From NCBI GenBank assembly GCA_030324005.1, contig JARDVH010000193.1:70146739-70210738 (forward strand): a DNA stretch of 64,000 bases, written 5' to 3'. The position numbers were made by a program, and so were the translations under genes. A model generated the notes under the pieces. That model was given only the letters and a program-made list of their open reading frames with translations. It had not been told where the DNA came from and did not search any database. Numbering within the stretch: the first letter of the stretch is position 1; each line of letters begins with the position of its first letter. Origin of the DNA: Negaprion brevirostris (taxonomy: Eukaryota). Of the stretch, positions 26,769 through 40,328 are shown piece after piece.

Positions 26769-29700
26769 GCAAGTACTAAACCCTCTCTCCTAATAAGTAA
26801 CTTTTATACTTTTAGGTGGCTTTAAGTAAAGTTAATTTTATTCTGTTGCTGCATTGTATTTTGGAGATCTTGTCGACAGGGTGTAGGTTCAATACTCGCA
26901 TTCTCATTTAGTGTATTTTGTACTGTTACCATCCCTGTAGAGATCGATAACTTTTAAAGAAATGGGAACTTCCAACTGAAAACTCAAAGAATGACACAAG
27001 ATTTCACATTCTAAGACTTTACTGTAACATACAGACTGAAAAAATCATTAATGGAACACTTTTGTTGTCCTCAACATGTGCTTTAAATTACAGAACAAAA
27101 CTTTCCCCCTTTACTATTAGCACAACTGAAACACCCACTTCACAGACATTCTTTACACTGTCACTCAAACAGTCAATAGATTTTCCTGAACCAGATATGA
27201 AGTAATTCTTAATTTCTGAGGATTTATTTCTGATTCTTTCCTTTCCCAGCCTGGTAACTGTAAACCCCAGAACTGTCTTTCACGGTGAGGGTTTTTCCTT
27301 GAAGTTTTGTCTCTGGTGCAAGCTAGGTGAGCATTTCCAGCCTTGTTGCAAATCCTCATGAATTTTATCTTCTCCATCTAATGTGAGTTCTTCAGCCTTG
27401 TGTCTGCACTGCAAACCATAGAGACCTTCAGTCCCTAATTGCCCCCTTTCTCCAGGATCCTAGTAGCTTGCCTGAGTTTCAAGAATTTTTTGTAGAAACC
27501 TTTCTCCTTTCAAAGCCTATCTCTATGTCAGTATGAATCCCGTGGCCCTTGTATCTGGACAGAAATACTGATCAGTTATTCACAAGACTTCAACTCTCTT
27601 TCATCTTGTAATTAAATGGACAGGTTAAAGAATAACTATTTGCAACTCTACATTCTCAATACATTCCTTTAGCAACTAGCAGTCTGACCATAGTAAACAC
27701 AGATGTTAGTATCATTGTTTCCAAGTGTGAACATCTTACACCTCCTTTCCAGCAAACAACCCTGACCTCTCTTAATCCTCAACAGCCACATTACCCATGC
27801 CTGTTGTTGGGAAGAATTCAGAATGGGTCATGTGACACCCCTTCTGCCCCTAATTTTACCCTAAATTATAGGCCATTTCAAAGCTTAACAGTCTTATTTG
27901 TAACTACTTATTTCCCCACTATTGATAAATGATCTGTGCATTTTTGAGTAGGGCAGCTAATAGTGTAACAAATAATGTAATATATAAAAGCCAGACTTGA
28001 AAAAGAAGGCCTTACACAAACATGCGCACGCACATACACGTTTGCTCAGTAATAGCTGCTTATTGTGGATGTGAGGACAGAATTGATTTCCCTGTGCTCC
28101 TACTGTTAACTAAGAACTGAAATTTAATAGGAGTCTTGAGAAAGCAAATAATCAACAGAGGATAGGAAGCATAAAGTATGTGCATACGTACACCGTAAAT
28201 ATTGTGTGCTTGTCTATGTCCTTTGTCAAAAACTGATCACAGGATGTATTCATTATCAGTCCCTAGTTACATTTTTATGCTCGACATTGCTTTCTCACAC
28301 AGTAGTGCTATTTGAGGCACTATGAATATGAGAGTTAAGATGATGGAGGGAATTTTCCTGAGTTCTTTTAATTAAATATGTTAGTAGTACCAGTTTCCCA
28401 TGCATTATTGTCATAGATATAGAATAATTAGAATTGATGGACTTGAATCATTAATATTTGACAGGAAAAAGTGTGAAAAACCTGAAATTGTTTTATATGT
28501 GAAAGAGTGTATTTGGTTAATTATGCAAGTAAATGAATTTTTGGTTAGACTTTGATTTTAATGGAGAAAGTTCTAGCTCTGTCAAATACTTTACAGCTTC
28601 ATTGTAGGTGAAACAGAAAGCGTTCTGTGTGCATAATTAATTAATTGAAGTTGATGGGGAAGAATTTCTTGGTTACCTTGTTATTTTACCCACATAACGC
28701 ATAGTAGTGGTGAATTTTTAAAAAACTGGAAACCGTATATAGCGCAAATCAAGTTTCTGCTATCTTTTGCTTGCCAAAGCAAATTAACCACCATTTGGAA
28801 TTGAATTAATTGCAATAATTTGCAGGACTTTAAGTAGCATTAAAAACAAGTGTTTTTTGGATGCCAGGCCACTAACATGCATGTTTTTAAAGCGTTTGAA
28901 TGTAATTTTTAATTTACAAAGACTGGCTACTATAACTCAATATAACTAGAGAATCATGCTGTACATTTCAGAAATTTAATTTTGGAGTAGTCAGGTGGTG
29001 AGCAAGACATTGTGATTTCAAATGCTTTTTTTTGGTGATTAAACACATTTTCAGTCCTGTTGATCAAATTGTGTGAAGTCACCGCTCTCTTAACAATGTT
29101 AAAGAATACTTTCATGTAAACAGTGCCTGATTGTGCTGATTTAAGGCAGATTTTGAGTTTGGCAATTGGCAAATGAATTTGGGTGACAACTTGAGAAAAA
29201 CACTTCTGGAAATTTGCGCCATTTTTCCAGTCGCATGCAAAGTGAAAACTCTGCCCAGTATTTTACTTTTTCTGATGTTGTAATAGTTTCCACATTCATG
29301 TTTGGACTATCCTTTGTTTTTAGAATTCTGTTTCTACTAGGATGTTTGTGCTGTAAACTTGATACATGGAAGCAGATGAGTATGAATCAGAGTATTGGGG
29401 TCAAAATGACTTGTTTAAAAAAATGTGTATAACTATCAAAGTGAGTATTTTGGGAAGCTTAAACTTAAAATATTATTTTAGGTTACTTTGTTGCTATAAC
29501 TTGGATTTGATTTGCATATATGTAAGTGGGATTTGAGAGTGTAGTAGCAGCTCTTATGTTAGCATGCATGACTGAATTAATAGAAAGTTTCAAAACGTAT
29601 TTGTTAAAACAAGAATTAAGATTAGAATAAAAAGCCAGAAGAGCACAGCAGGTTTAATTTGTTAATGAAGGAAGGATGTAGTGATGTAGGTAAACGTCAT

Positions 29701-31054
29701 TAGAATGGGGGTGGTGGAGAAATGGGATACTTTAGACCTCATCAACAATTTTTTCTTTTTTACAGATATTGTCTATTTTCAGCATCCTCTGATTATGTCT
29801 GTAGATTTTTTTTATTAGAATTTTATTTTTAAATTTAAACAAAGTCTTTAGATTATTTTCTTTCTGGCCCCTCCCTTCCCAGTTCACCTTTTCCCCGATT
29901 GGGAAGTTTGTCAAATGATCTGTACCTAGTACTCATGCTGTTAACCAAAGAAGCTTGCTTTGGAGCACATCACGGGGCGAAATCAGCCCATAAATGTACA
30001 ATGAGGCTACTGTGAACCTTTGATTTTTCTCTTTGAAACACATTCTATCAAACCATTTGCAAAGTATATTCAGTTGTAGTACATCATATTTATTGTTAAA
30101 TATTCACTTTAGAGTTCTAAAATTATTCATTTGCAAAGCTGAAATGAATACCGTTATGAAATTAGTTATATAAAATTGCACATATTCTGATTGCCATGTC
30201 GTAATCCCCATAGTAATGGTTTAAAGTGTTAAGGCATACCAGTTATACTTGATTGTAATTTTTAAAAAGGGGGTCCTAAGAGAACAGGGTAGTGTTTTCT
30301 ACATGAAAATCAAAGTTGCTTCTCATTAGAAGCTCTTGAACCAAGATTATAACACTTTATTCAATTTAAGTGAACTTCCAAGCCTAATTTTATGCTAAGT
30401 ATGATGTGCAGTAAAATACTATTCAGTTAGGTCTTCTGCAAGTGCACTTTTGTGACACTGATGATGCATAATAAACTGGAAATCTTAATTTTTCCCCTGA
30501 ACAGTTAAGACAATATTTTACAAACTACCTGCATGCACGTGGTCTGTCATCATGGCACCAAATTTCATTCAATGCATGGTGGTTTTGGGTATATTATGGC
30601 ATAGAGGTATTAATGGAACTTGAATGGATCCTGACGATGTTAATGTAGGCAAAAACTCAGCAGAAACTTGATTTGTAATTGCTTACACTCACACTAACTT
30701 TGTGCAAAGCCATATTTTCAGATTGATTTTTAAACTTTCCACATGTACTTTTAAGAGAACAAATGCTTGGTCCGCTTGTCCTTATAGAGGAGCTCAGAGT
30801 ATGGAATTCTGGGCAAATGTCCAAACAGGCATGTGTGCCGAGTGACACTGTGGTTGACTTTACTGTGAATTGAATGGATGTATCGCATGACTTCTCTCTG
30901 CTGAAAGCAAATCATGTTTCATAATTAACAATCAGAATGAATTAGATTGAATAAAACCTGAGCTCTTGGAGACTCAGAATTTTGACTGTGTGACAAATAG
31001 TTGATGAAACAAAATATCTGCATTCTCTCAGTGGAAGCCCTCTTGTTTCTCCAC

Positions 31055-31365
31055 CTGATGGTCATGGGTTCAAGCTCCGCTGTGGAGACTAGAGCACATA
31101 ATTTAGGCTGATGTTTCAGTTTGGAGCTGTAGAAGGTGGAGGTGCTGTCCTGCAGTATTAATCAATGAAGATCACAGGAGTTATTTTGAGGCCCTTGCTA
31201 GCATTTTTCCTGCAAACATAATGATTAATCATCTAGTCTTTTATCTGCTTACCTTCTGTGGGGCCTAGTTGTGCACAAGTAATGTGCCCATTTTCCATAC
31301 ACTACAGTAGTGACTGTATTTCAAATGTACTTAATCTGTAATATTTTAGGATATCTTGAGATTAT
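31055..31365 (+). mobile_element. Old Deu-domain-like SINE
   Basis: gggttcaagctcc...gagcacataatttaggctga...ggaggtgctgtc; related copies at ~12610-12700 and ~54560-54950. Confidence 0.5.
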
Positions 31366-31686
31366 TCCTTTCTTTCCAAACATTTGCAATCATGTGATTG
31401 ATATAATGTAAATAAAAAATTGTCAGAATCAAAATACACTTTGTTTAATCACTCAGAATCCAATACATTTCTTCCTGTGTGCAGTAAGACCTTTTTACTC
31501 CGCTAATGAGCTCTTCTAATGAATCCATAGCTTTGCTTTTCATTTTGCATGTGTCTGAGGCTTCCAGTTCATACATTTTTGAATCCTTTTGAGATGTAGG
31601 AATTTTTTAAAGTCCGTAAAATATATATTGTACTCAGTATATTTGGCCAATAGAAGTTTATGTTTCGTTTTGAGTCTGTTGTATAA

Positions 31687-31869
<183 letters not shown>

Positions 31870-32383
31870 TAAATACAAGTTGAATAAACAAAAGAGCAAA
31901 GAAGAAAAAGATGCTGACAGTCATTGAATCTGGATTTGTTATTTGTCAGTAAAATCAGTCATCGGGGATAGAGAGTAAACCTCAAGTGTCCAAAAGGAAC
32001 AGAACAGCCTTAATAGCAGGATGGATATCTGAATAAACTTGTCCTTCATTGTTAATCCCGATTCAAAACTGTCCCAAAAAGATTGGAATTTTTTTTCCAC
32101 TTTTATTTCGTTATGTTTTGACTTGTTACTTCTTTCCCTAATCCCCCCATAGTAGATGAAGTGTATTTAGACTGGTGACCTATTGTGTTTGTGGCACAAC
32201 TAATAAATTGCATATCACACAATATGATATGTAAGGCAATTTATTGATATCAGGCAGTATGCATTTAGTGAGAAAAGTGAATTTTTCTTCAAAGCCACTC
32301 TTTGTGGAAACAGATTTATAATTACATTAATGCATATATCTGCTGTCTGTACTGAGGTCATAGAAGCTGATAAAACAATGTGA

Positions 32384-32503
<120 letters not shown>

Positions 32504-32863
32504 TAAATCTTTTATTCATTCTCTTTTGGGATTTGTACTGTATATTTTCCATTATGCATTTTTGTGTCTATTTAAACAGTAGCTTTGTATCTTTCATAAT
32601 TTTCTTAAATGCAATGATTACATTGCTGATTAGAACAAGTTGAGTAATATATCGAAGTATCATTTTTAGGAATTTTATACGAGTTTGAAATGCTTTTTTA
32701 AATTTGACATTGCAAATGTTATGTGATATAAAATCAATAGATTGTTAAACATTAAGAGTAAATTTTCAACTTTATTTGTAAATACCCTATTATTGTGATG
32801 ACTTTTTTTTAGCTTGATTTAAACTTAAGTACATGTATTGGAGATTGTGAATTTTAATTTCAG

Positions 32864-32901
32864 CATTTTACTTGATGAAGGAGGACATATCAAGTTAACA
32901 G
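32864..32901 (+). CDS. RPS6KA6: RSK exon 8 (38 nt): ILLDEGGHIKLT
   Basis: tttcag / gtaggt boundaries, phase 2-1. Confidence 0.93.
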
Positions 32902-35706
32902 GTAGGTACATTCATTACTCTGTGTGTCAACTATATAGATAATTGTTTTTATTAATGAACAAGATTGTTTTGTTGATCTTTTTTAAAAAAAAGCTGATTT
33001 GTAATTTGCAATATGTTAGCAAAATTTGCTATCCTGAGAATGCTTCTTGCTGAGGTAGTTTGAATCCAGACGGTAAAATTTCTTATGCAAAATGGAGGAA
33101 TTATTTGATGCTCTGCAGTCAAAAGATGAACTGACATACCGGATTAAGTCAGGACACTACCAAAGAAAGACCTACAGCAAGCAAAACACTTGAGGATTAC
33201 CTTATTGCTCAGTTTTCATCACTTACGGAAATAACTAGAAATAATCATTTTTGACTGCTTACCTTCAATTGAATAAATGATGAATAAGGCAACATTTGCT
33301 GTTACATTAATTCATTTAAGTAAAGATGAAAATAAAAGAAGAACAATGTACATAATCTATCAGCAGGAAATAGCTGTTTGCAACAAAACCATATGATTGA
33401 CTTTTTGTTCATTTTGAATGATCAATTTGGAGCCCGAGTTTAAAGGTGAATGATGGAAGCAGTCACTGGTGTTTGTATGTTATTTGCTAAAGATTCGAGA
33501 ACCTTAAATAAAGATATAAAGATCCTTGCAAGCCACCTTTTTGCCCTTAGCTGCTTTTAAAATATCAGAAGGCGTGATGTGTATTTGTTAGAAATAGAAC
33601 ACTTGCTTTTGTTATCCCATCCAATGTCTTTTCACCTTCACTCTAATTTTGAACAGATGACATAAAACAATCAATTTCTAGCATGTGGCTTTTCTGTGAA
33701 CTGAAGCTGTATTTTGGCCTAACCTCGGGTCCAATCTGATAAGCCATGTTATCAAGTGATTACATTGTCCGAAACAAGAGCCTGAAACTTAATCAAAATT
33801 TGCAGTACAAAGTGAATTTTGAAAAAAAAATTGAAGTTGTTTTGAGAAATTCATTTGAGTGCAGAGTTTATTTATTTTTTGTTTAAATGCCCTTACATTC
33901 AACATTGTGCACCATCATCATTGTCCAGTTCCTGGAGCTGAATTTCTCAAAAAAGTTGCTTTAATTAAAACTCAAATGAAAAGCAACAACTTTGTACTAG
34001 TGCTCTAAAGAAATAAGATGTCCCAAGGCTGATCTATTGATGTATTAATTTGCTGACCTGAACAAAATTTGATACAGTAAATGCAAACTTACATTGAATG
34101 CTGAAAAATTGATTGTTGCTGGAAATGAAAAGTAATACCATGTAGCGAAAACCTTGCACCTTAATGTTTTTTTCAGAAGACATCCAAAGTAATTGGTCAT
34201 TTATCTTTTTTTGGTAAGTGGGATGTCTGACTCACACACACAAACCATTATTTATGTAAGATAAAATTTTCGTTTAAAATCATCTTCAGAAAAGTGTGTG
34301 TCTGGGACCTATTCTGGTTCTGCACAGTGTTCTTTACAATAGACCTAAATATTAGATTGCTCTCATAGGGTTTTATGTACTGTAAAAATATTTGATTAAA
34401 ATTATCCGAAGGTTGTTGCTGCATTTTATTATAAATCTTTGAACAAATTCCTCCATTTTACATTTGTAATTTTTTTGTATGATTTAGGAAACTGATTCAA
34501 ATAATCGCATGGGAAATATCATCAAGTATTTTCTATGGGGACATCAGTCTTCAAGTCTTTAGTATTTTCTGCCAGTTGCTAGTTAGAATAGCGTCTATTA
34601 TGTAGTAACATTGCTGTAATCCCTATTTGGTTGGTGGAATATATTGGCCTTTCAACCAGTTTATAAATTGACCATTTAGTATTTTAGTTAGTCATGCTCT
34701 GCAAATTTCACATGGTAAAATTTGAATTTGTTCCCACAGTTATAAAGTTGCTTGGATTAATTTTAGTAGAGGATGAGAAAATATATAATTCACTTCCAGT
34801 CAGCCCCCACTCCGAGGATAGTCAAACTACAGACATGCAGAAACATGGGCATTTTAGTAATGAATCATGACTTAGAATCATTGAATGTTTGCAGCACAGA
34901 AGGAAGCCTGTTCTGCCCATGCTGACTCTTTGCAAGAATAATTCATCTAATGCCACTCCCCTGTATTTTTCCCCCTAGCCGGCATTTTTTCCCCCTCCTT
35001 CAGTTAAGGATCCAATTCTCATTTGAAAGCCATGATTGAATCTAGCTCCACCACATTTCTGGATTCCAGGACCTGGTCACTCACTGATTTCAAAAAAAAA
35101 CTTCTCCTCCTGTTGCCATTACTTCTTTTGCCAATCACCTTGAATCAATGTGCTCTGATTCTTCATCCTATCACCAACGGGAAGAAAAATGCTCATGATT
35201 TTTGAATACCACCATCAACTCTGCTATTGATCTTCTCCTCCAGTGAGGATGGTCCCAGTTGATCCATGTGACTGACATGCCCCAACCCTGGAATCATTCT
35301 TGTGAAACTTTTCTATACCCTCTCCAACTTGCCATCCATATTTACTGTTCAGCTGTTGCACAATTATTTGGCAGCTCTGTAATCCCAATGAACTGGGCTG
35401 TGTATCAGCCGCTCCTTCTTGATACCATGTTGCCATATTAAAGAGCAGGAACACAGTATGTACCAGTGAGGTGGCAGCCTTAATAGCACATGTCGATGTG
35501 CACAGACACAGAGCTGAACAGCCGCCTTCAGTGGAGTACTATTCTATGATTTTATCAAGTAGGTTTGACTGGGGCAAGTGTGACTTCATCGGTGAGCAGG
35601 TGGTAAGTAGAAAATGTTTGGATTTTTTGGTTAAAAATCAAAGGTCAGACATTTTCATCAGATCAACCATTATTTGCATTATTCACTTTAATTACTTTTA
35701 AAATGA

Positions 35707-35946
<240 letters not shown>

Positions 35947-36339
35947 TAATTAGTGAAATTGACTGAATATATCCTGGTGTTGAATTTTCAGTTCCATTTG
36001 TGTATTACTCTATCTACGTTTCTTCAGATGCATTGGTCGTGGGCAAAGGAAATTGAGAGTGACTAACTCGAGGGTTATTAAATCTGAAGAGCTCAGTTAT
36101 ACAATTGCTCTTAGTCTGTAATTCTGAAACCATCTGTCAGCTCCATTCTTGTTTCAGATGTTAATGTGATAGTTTAAGGCTGCACTTTTATGGAAGTTTC
36201 ATTTGGAGGCTTTATGCTGAGCTAAGAGTACTTGTTGTGGAATTCCTGGCTGGTTGGGGTTTAATATTGGGGTCTGAGTGCCTCAAGGATTGAATTTCCT
36301 GAGTACCTTTATGTCCCAAATTTAGCATGGAAGCCATAA

Positions 36340-36665
36340 TTCTTTTATGGGATGTAGGGTGTCACTGGCTGGACCAGCATTTATTGCCCATCACAACAGA
36401 CTGTTAAGAGTCAGCCACATTGCTGTGGATCTGGAGTCATATGTAGGCCATGCCAGGTAAGGGTAGTAGATTTCCTTTTTTAGTGGATGTTAGGGAACCA
36501 GATGGGTTTTTACAACCATCGACAATGGGTTTATGATCATCGGACTTGTAATTCCAGATTTTTATTGAATTCAAAGTTCATCATCTGCCATGGTGAAATT
36601 TGAACCCAGGTTCCCAAATCATTACCTTCCTAGTCCAGTGATGATGCCACTAGGTATTGCCTCCG
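36340..36665 (-). mobile_element. tRNA-derived SINE, third family
   Basis: Reverse-complement homolog of 13913-14245. Confidence 0.75.
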
Positions 36666-37019
36666 CACATGTGGCAATTTTTGGATTTAAGGATTACCCT
36701 CTGGATTTCAAAATATTTAAAGACAGAACCAACTTGTTAACAAGAAACTACAAATTATTTATACTATACCACAGATGAGCAGATGTTTACCTCTTGTCAA
36801 ATTTGTTTTGTTGGCCTTGAATATAAAATTTCCAATGCTTTTTAATATGTATGCTCTATATTATACTGATAACTGGCTAATATTTATGCGAATATAAATG
36901 TTATGTATTGCTTATCAAACTGCTACTGATTTAAGTAAGACAAATAGTTGCATATGTAATAAATTTTAAGACCCAATTTTGCTTTGAAGACACTGTCCAT
37001 ATTTTGCTCTTACTTTTAG

Positions 37020-37090
37020 TTTGAGATGCTTACTGGTACATTGCCATTTCAAGGTAAAGACCGGAATGAAACTATGAACATGATACTCAA
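37020..37090 (+). CDS. RPS6KA6: RSK exon 10 (71 nt): FEMLTGTLPFQGKDRNETMNMIL(K)
   Basis: ttttag / gtaagt boundaries, phase 0-2. Confidence 0.95.
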
Positions 37091-38188
37091 GTAAGTTTGT
37101 TGAGTGTACTTCTGTGCAGTTCATATTCTTGCACTAGCTTGTAGGGGGCATAATAATGCTTAACTTAATAAACCCCCTTGCTGACCGTTTTGAGGTTACA
37201 GGAAAATATAATGGATTTTGGAAAAAAATAATCACATAGAGGTTTATTTTAAGTAGGAGCCTGTCATAGACATGGCAGTTCATTCAGTCTTTCATAATTG
37301 GGGGATAAAAGATAATTAGAGAGAGAGAGTTCTATTTTTCCGTACCCCCTTATTGACAATTGTATGTGCCCTAATGCTGGTCTCTACTTTTTGCTCCTGG
37401 CTTATTCAATAAAATGAAACACTCCTGCCACTTAAAACTGTGAGAAATATAGGATTTGTTTTTATTCTTGATGTTACAGTTTGGGAGGGGCTTGTCATTT
37501 TCTGAAATCAACATAAAATCAATCAAAATTCACTCAGGAGAGGCATGCAGATTAAAATGCAAGTCTAGGAAGCAGTTTTAATGGAAACTTTTCAAGTTAG
37601 AGGTGAGTGTTTGGCCTCATGTCACTCGGCCAGCTTGACTAGTTTATTTAAATGTTCTTTAATTAGTTTAGATGGCCGCAAGTCTAAATGGATAATCTGA
37701 GAGAAACACATTGCAGTACAGTGAAGTTCTAAATTTTACTTTGCGGTTGATGCTCTCTGCTCCCACCTGCCCCATGCCTTGTGTTAACTGCACATCAATC
37801 TGTCAGAAGTATTTAGAGGTGTCAGATTTAAATGGGGAATAATGGAGTGTGATTAGAACACACACATCTAATTGAGGATTACAACTTATGTCATAAACGA
37901 GCTTAAACTGCAGAAAATTGCATATTTCATCTGAAACCACAAAATGAGATTGTAATTTGAAAATCATCATTGACGTCTGCTATTTGTAATGTAAACGGGT
38001 GTAATTTTTAAATTCTTTGTGCTGGCTGCAGGTAATTGGATATATGATGGCTTTGAAGATAAGATTAAATATTGAAACGTCATTGCTTCAAACTGATTCA
38101 TTTTTCTGTATAGTAAACAGCTACTTTATAATAAATCAAAATTATTCTTATGGATTCAGTAATAAACCACTTTAGCTACACAGTTTAT

Positions 38189-38416
38189 GGACCAGATTTT
38201 CTGCGCTTTTTCATTTTCCATGTTTTGCAGTCATGGGATCTTCTGGTCCCACTGCTGTCAGCGGTTGCCTGTTGTTTGCGCATCCCCCACCCCCAAATGC
38301 CGCACCGCGCCACGCCACCCCTCTGCACCACCCTACTGCCAGGAACATGTGGCAACAGTTTGTTGCTGGTGGGACTGATGGATCCCATTGGCATGAATGA
38401 CCACAAGATTCCAGCC
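38189..38416. mobile_element. MITE-like element, probably Harbinger-related
   Basis: Degenerate terminal inverted repeats (ggaccagatt / gattccagcc), internal inverted repeat, TAT on both flanks. Confidence 0.55.
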
Positions 38417-39628
38417 TATGCCTTAAGACTAAAACATTGCAATATTATAAGATACAGCTTTCACTTCCAAAGACTCCTTAGCTCTAAATTAACACCAACT
38501 TCAATAAACCATTGTCAGAATAAACATTTGGCCCACACTACCACATTGAACAGAAACATATTTAATGTAGTCAGGGTACTAGTGCCAGATGTCATATAAC
38601 GACACTTTAAAGCCAATGCCCCCGCAGCATGTTATATCATCTTGACAAGTTTAAGACCATTTTAAATCTCCAAATGTCCATATCATAGGCCTAGGCAGAA
38701 CAATGTATATATTGAAAAAACAGTTTCTAAAATTAAATCCAAATATACATCTTAATGTATTTTAGTTGTATAAATAGCCCAATTATATTTTTAAGATTAG
38801 CTAACCTTATTGGAATTATGCAAGTCAGCTATTGGAAGCATTAATTTACATTCACTTAAAAGTCAAATACTTTTTTTATTACATGGGAGTTGTGCCATTA
38901 TTTAGGGAGGTTGTATTCTGTCTACATAGAATATTTAAGATAATTGACAGAAGAACCAAAGAGGGGGTTTGGGGTAAGAATGCTTTTTACACAGAGTCAG
39001 AATCTGAAATGCACCAGGTGAAAATTTCAGTTGCAACTTTCAAAAGGCAATTGAGTAGAACAGTGAAAAATTAAACTCAAAATGTGGCAGGGCTGTGGGG
39101 AAGAAAAAGGAATTGAATTAATTGGATTGCTCTTTCAGAGCCAATACAAGCCTGATGGGCTGAATCGTCCCCTTCTATGCTCTGAGTCTGTGGTGATTAG
39201 GCTAATTGGTTTTTCTGTCAAATTCTGTTTTTATTGCATTGAGTTTGAACACGTACGCCCAAAGATTCCATTTTCCATGAAACCTGCAAATTGGTGGCTG
39301 GGGAAGTATGTGACGGAATGAGAAATTTGACAAGCAACTGCCAAAGCCTTCATTCTATTGACCCAACACCGTGGCAGTCTTTGGTGCTTTGCAGGTTCAT
39401 GCCATTGATGCTTTCTATCTTAGGTGAATAAAGTTCATCTATGGGACTACTGTAGATTGCTTGCCCTTTGCTCAAGTGAGCCTATCTTGCATGGAATGAG
39501 AATGATCATGAACTTAGAGAAGAAGTGTAAATACTTTATGTTAAGTAAAGATTATGAAGCAGCTGCTATATATTAGTATGCAATGTTGAGTATCATTTAA
39601 ATAAAATAATCCATTTACTCTTTCCAAG

Positions 39629-39717
39629 AGCTAAATTAGGAATGCCTCAGTTTCTTAGTCCAGAAGCTCAAGGTCTTCTCAGAATGTTATTCAAGCGAAA
39701 TCCTGGGAACAGACTAG
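39629..39717 (+). CDS. RPS6KA6: RSK exon 11 (89 nt): [29 protein letters not shown]
   Basis: ccaag acceptor, TAG|gtactg donor, phase 2-1. Confidence 0.93.
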
Positions 39718-40328
39718 GTACTGCTCATTTTTTTTATCATCATCCATCTCTATATTGAAGTTATTGTTTTCAGTTATTGTTGGATATTGGTGGATATGTA
39801 TCTGATAATGAAGATCAATTGGCACTGCGAAAAAATCATTGCAATACTTTGTTGCATGCCTATTGATGTCGTTCTCCACAGAATGCTGGAAATACTTTTT
39901 TGAAGTTTATTGCATTTCTATTCCTTTACATTTAATCTTTAAAGTGATAGAATAATAAATTGTAAGGAGAAGGTTTTTTTTTGGTGTCGAGAGTGTCCCG
40001 AGTGCAAATGCTTTACAAACAGAGTTTTCTACCCTCTTGGCTGCCCAACAGACTAATGCAAAGAAATAATAGGAAAGACAACACTGGAAAAAAACTCTTA
40101 ATTTATCTGCCAACCAACATCATCGGCTCTCATCTCCCATTCACTATCCCATTTACGTCTCCAATTCCCCCATGAATTTACAGACACAATCCACCACTTA
40201 CTCATTCAGCTGATTTCAGACATTCATCAGTAGAAACAATAAAATCTGAACTGAAAGTTCATTTTTTTTTTGGCTTCTGTCTTGCCTAAGATCAGATGTA
40301 TGTTATGGCCATGTAGAACCAGACCTTT

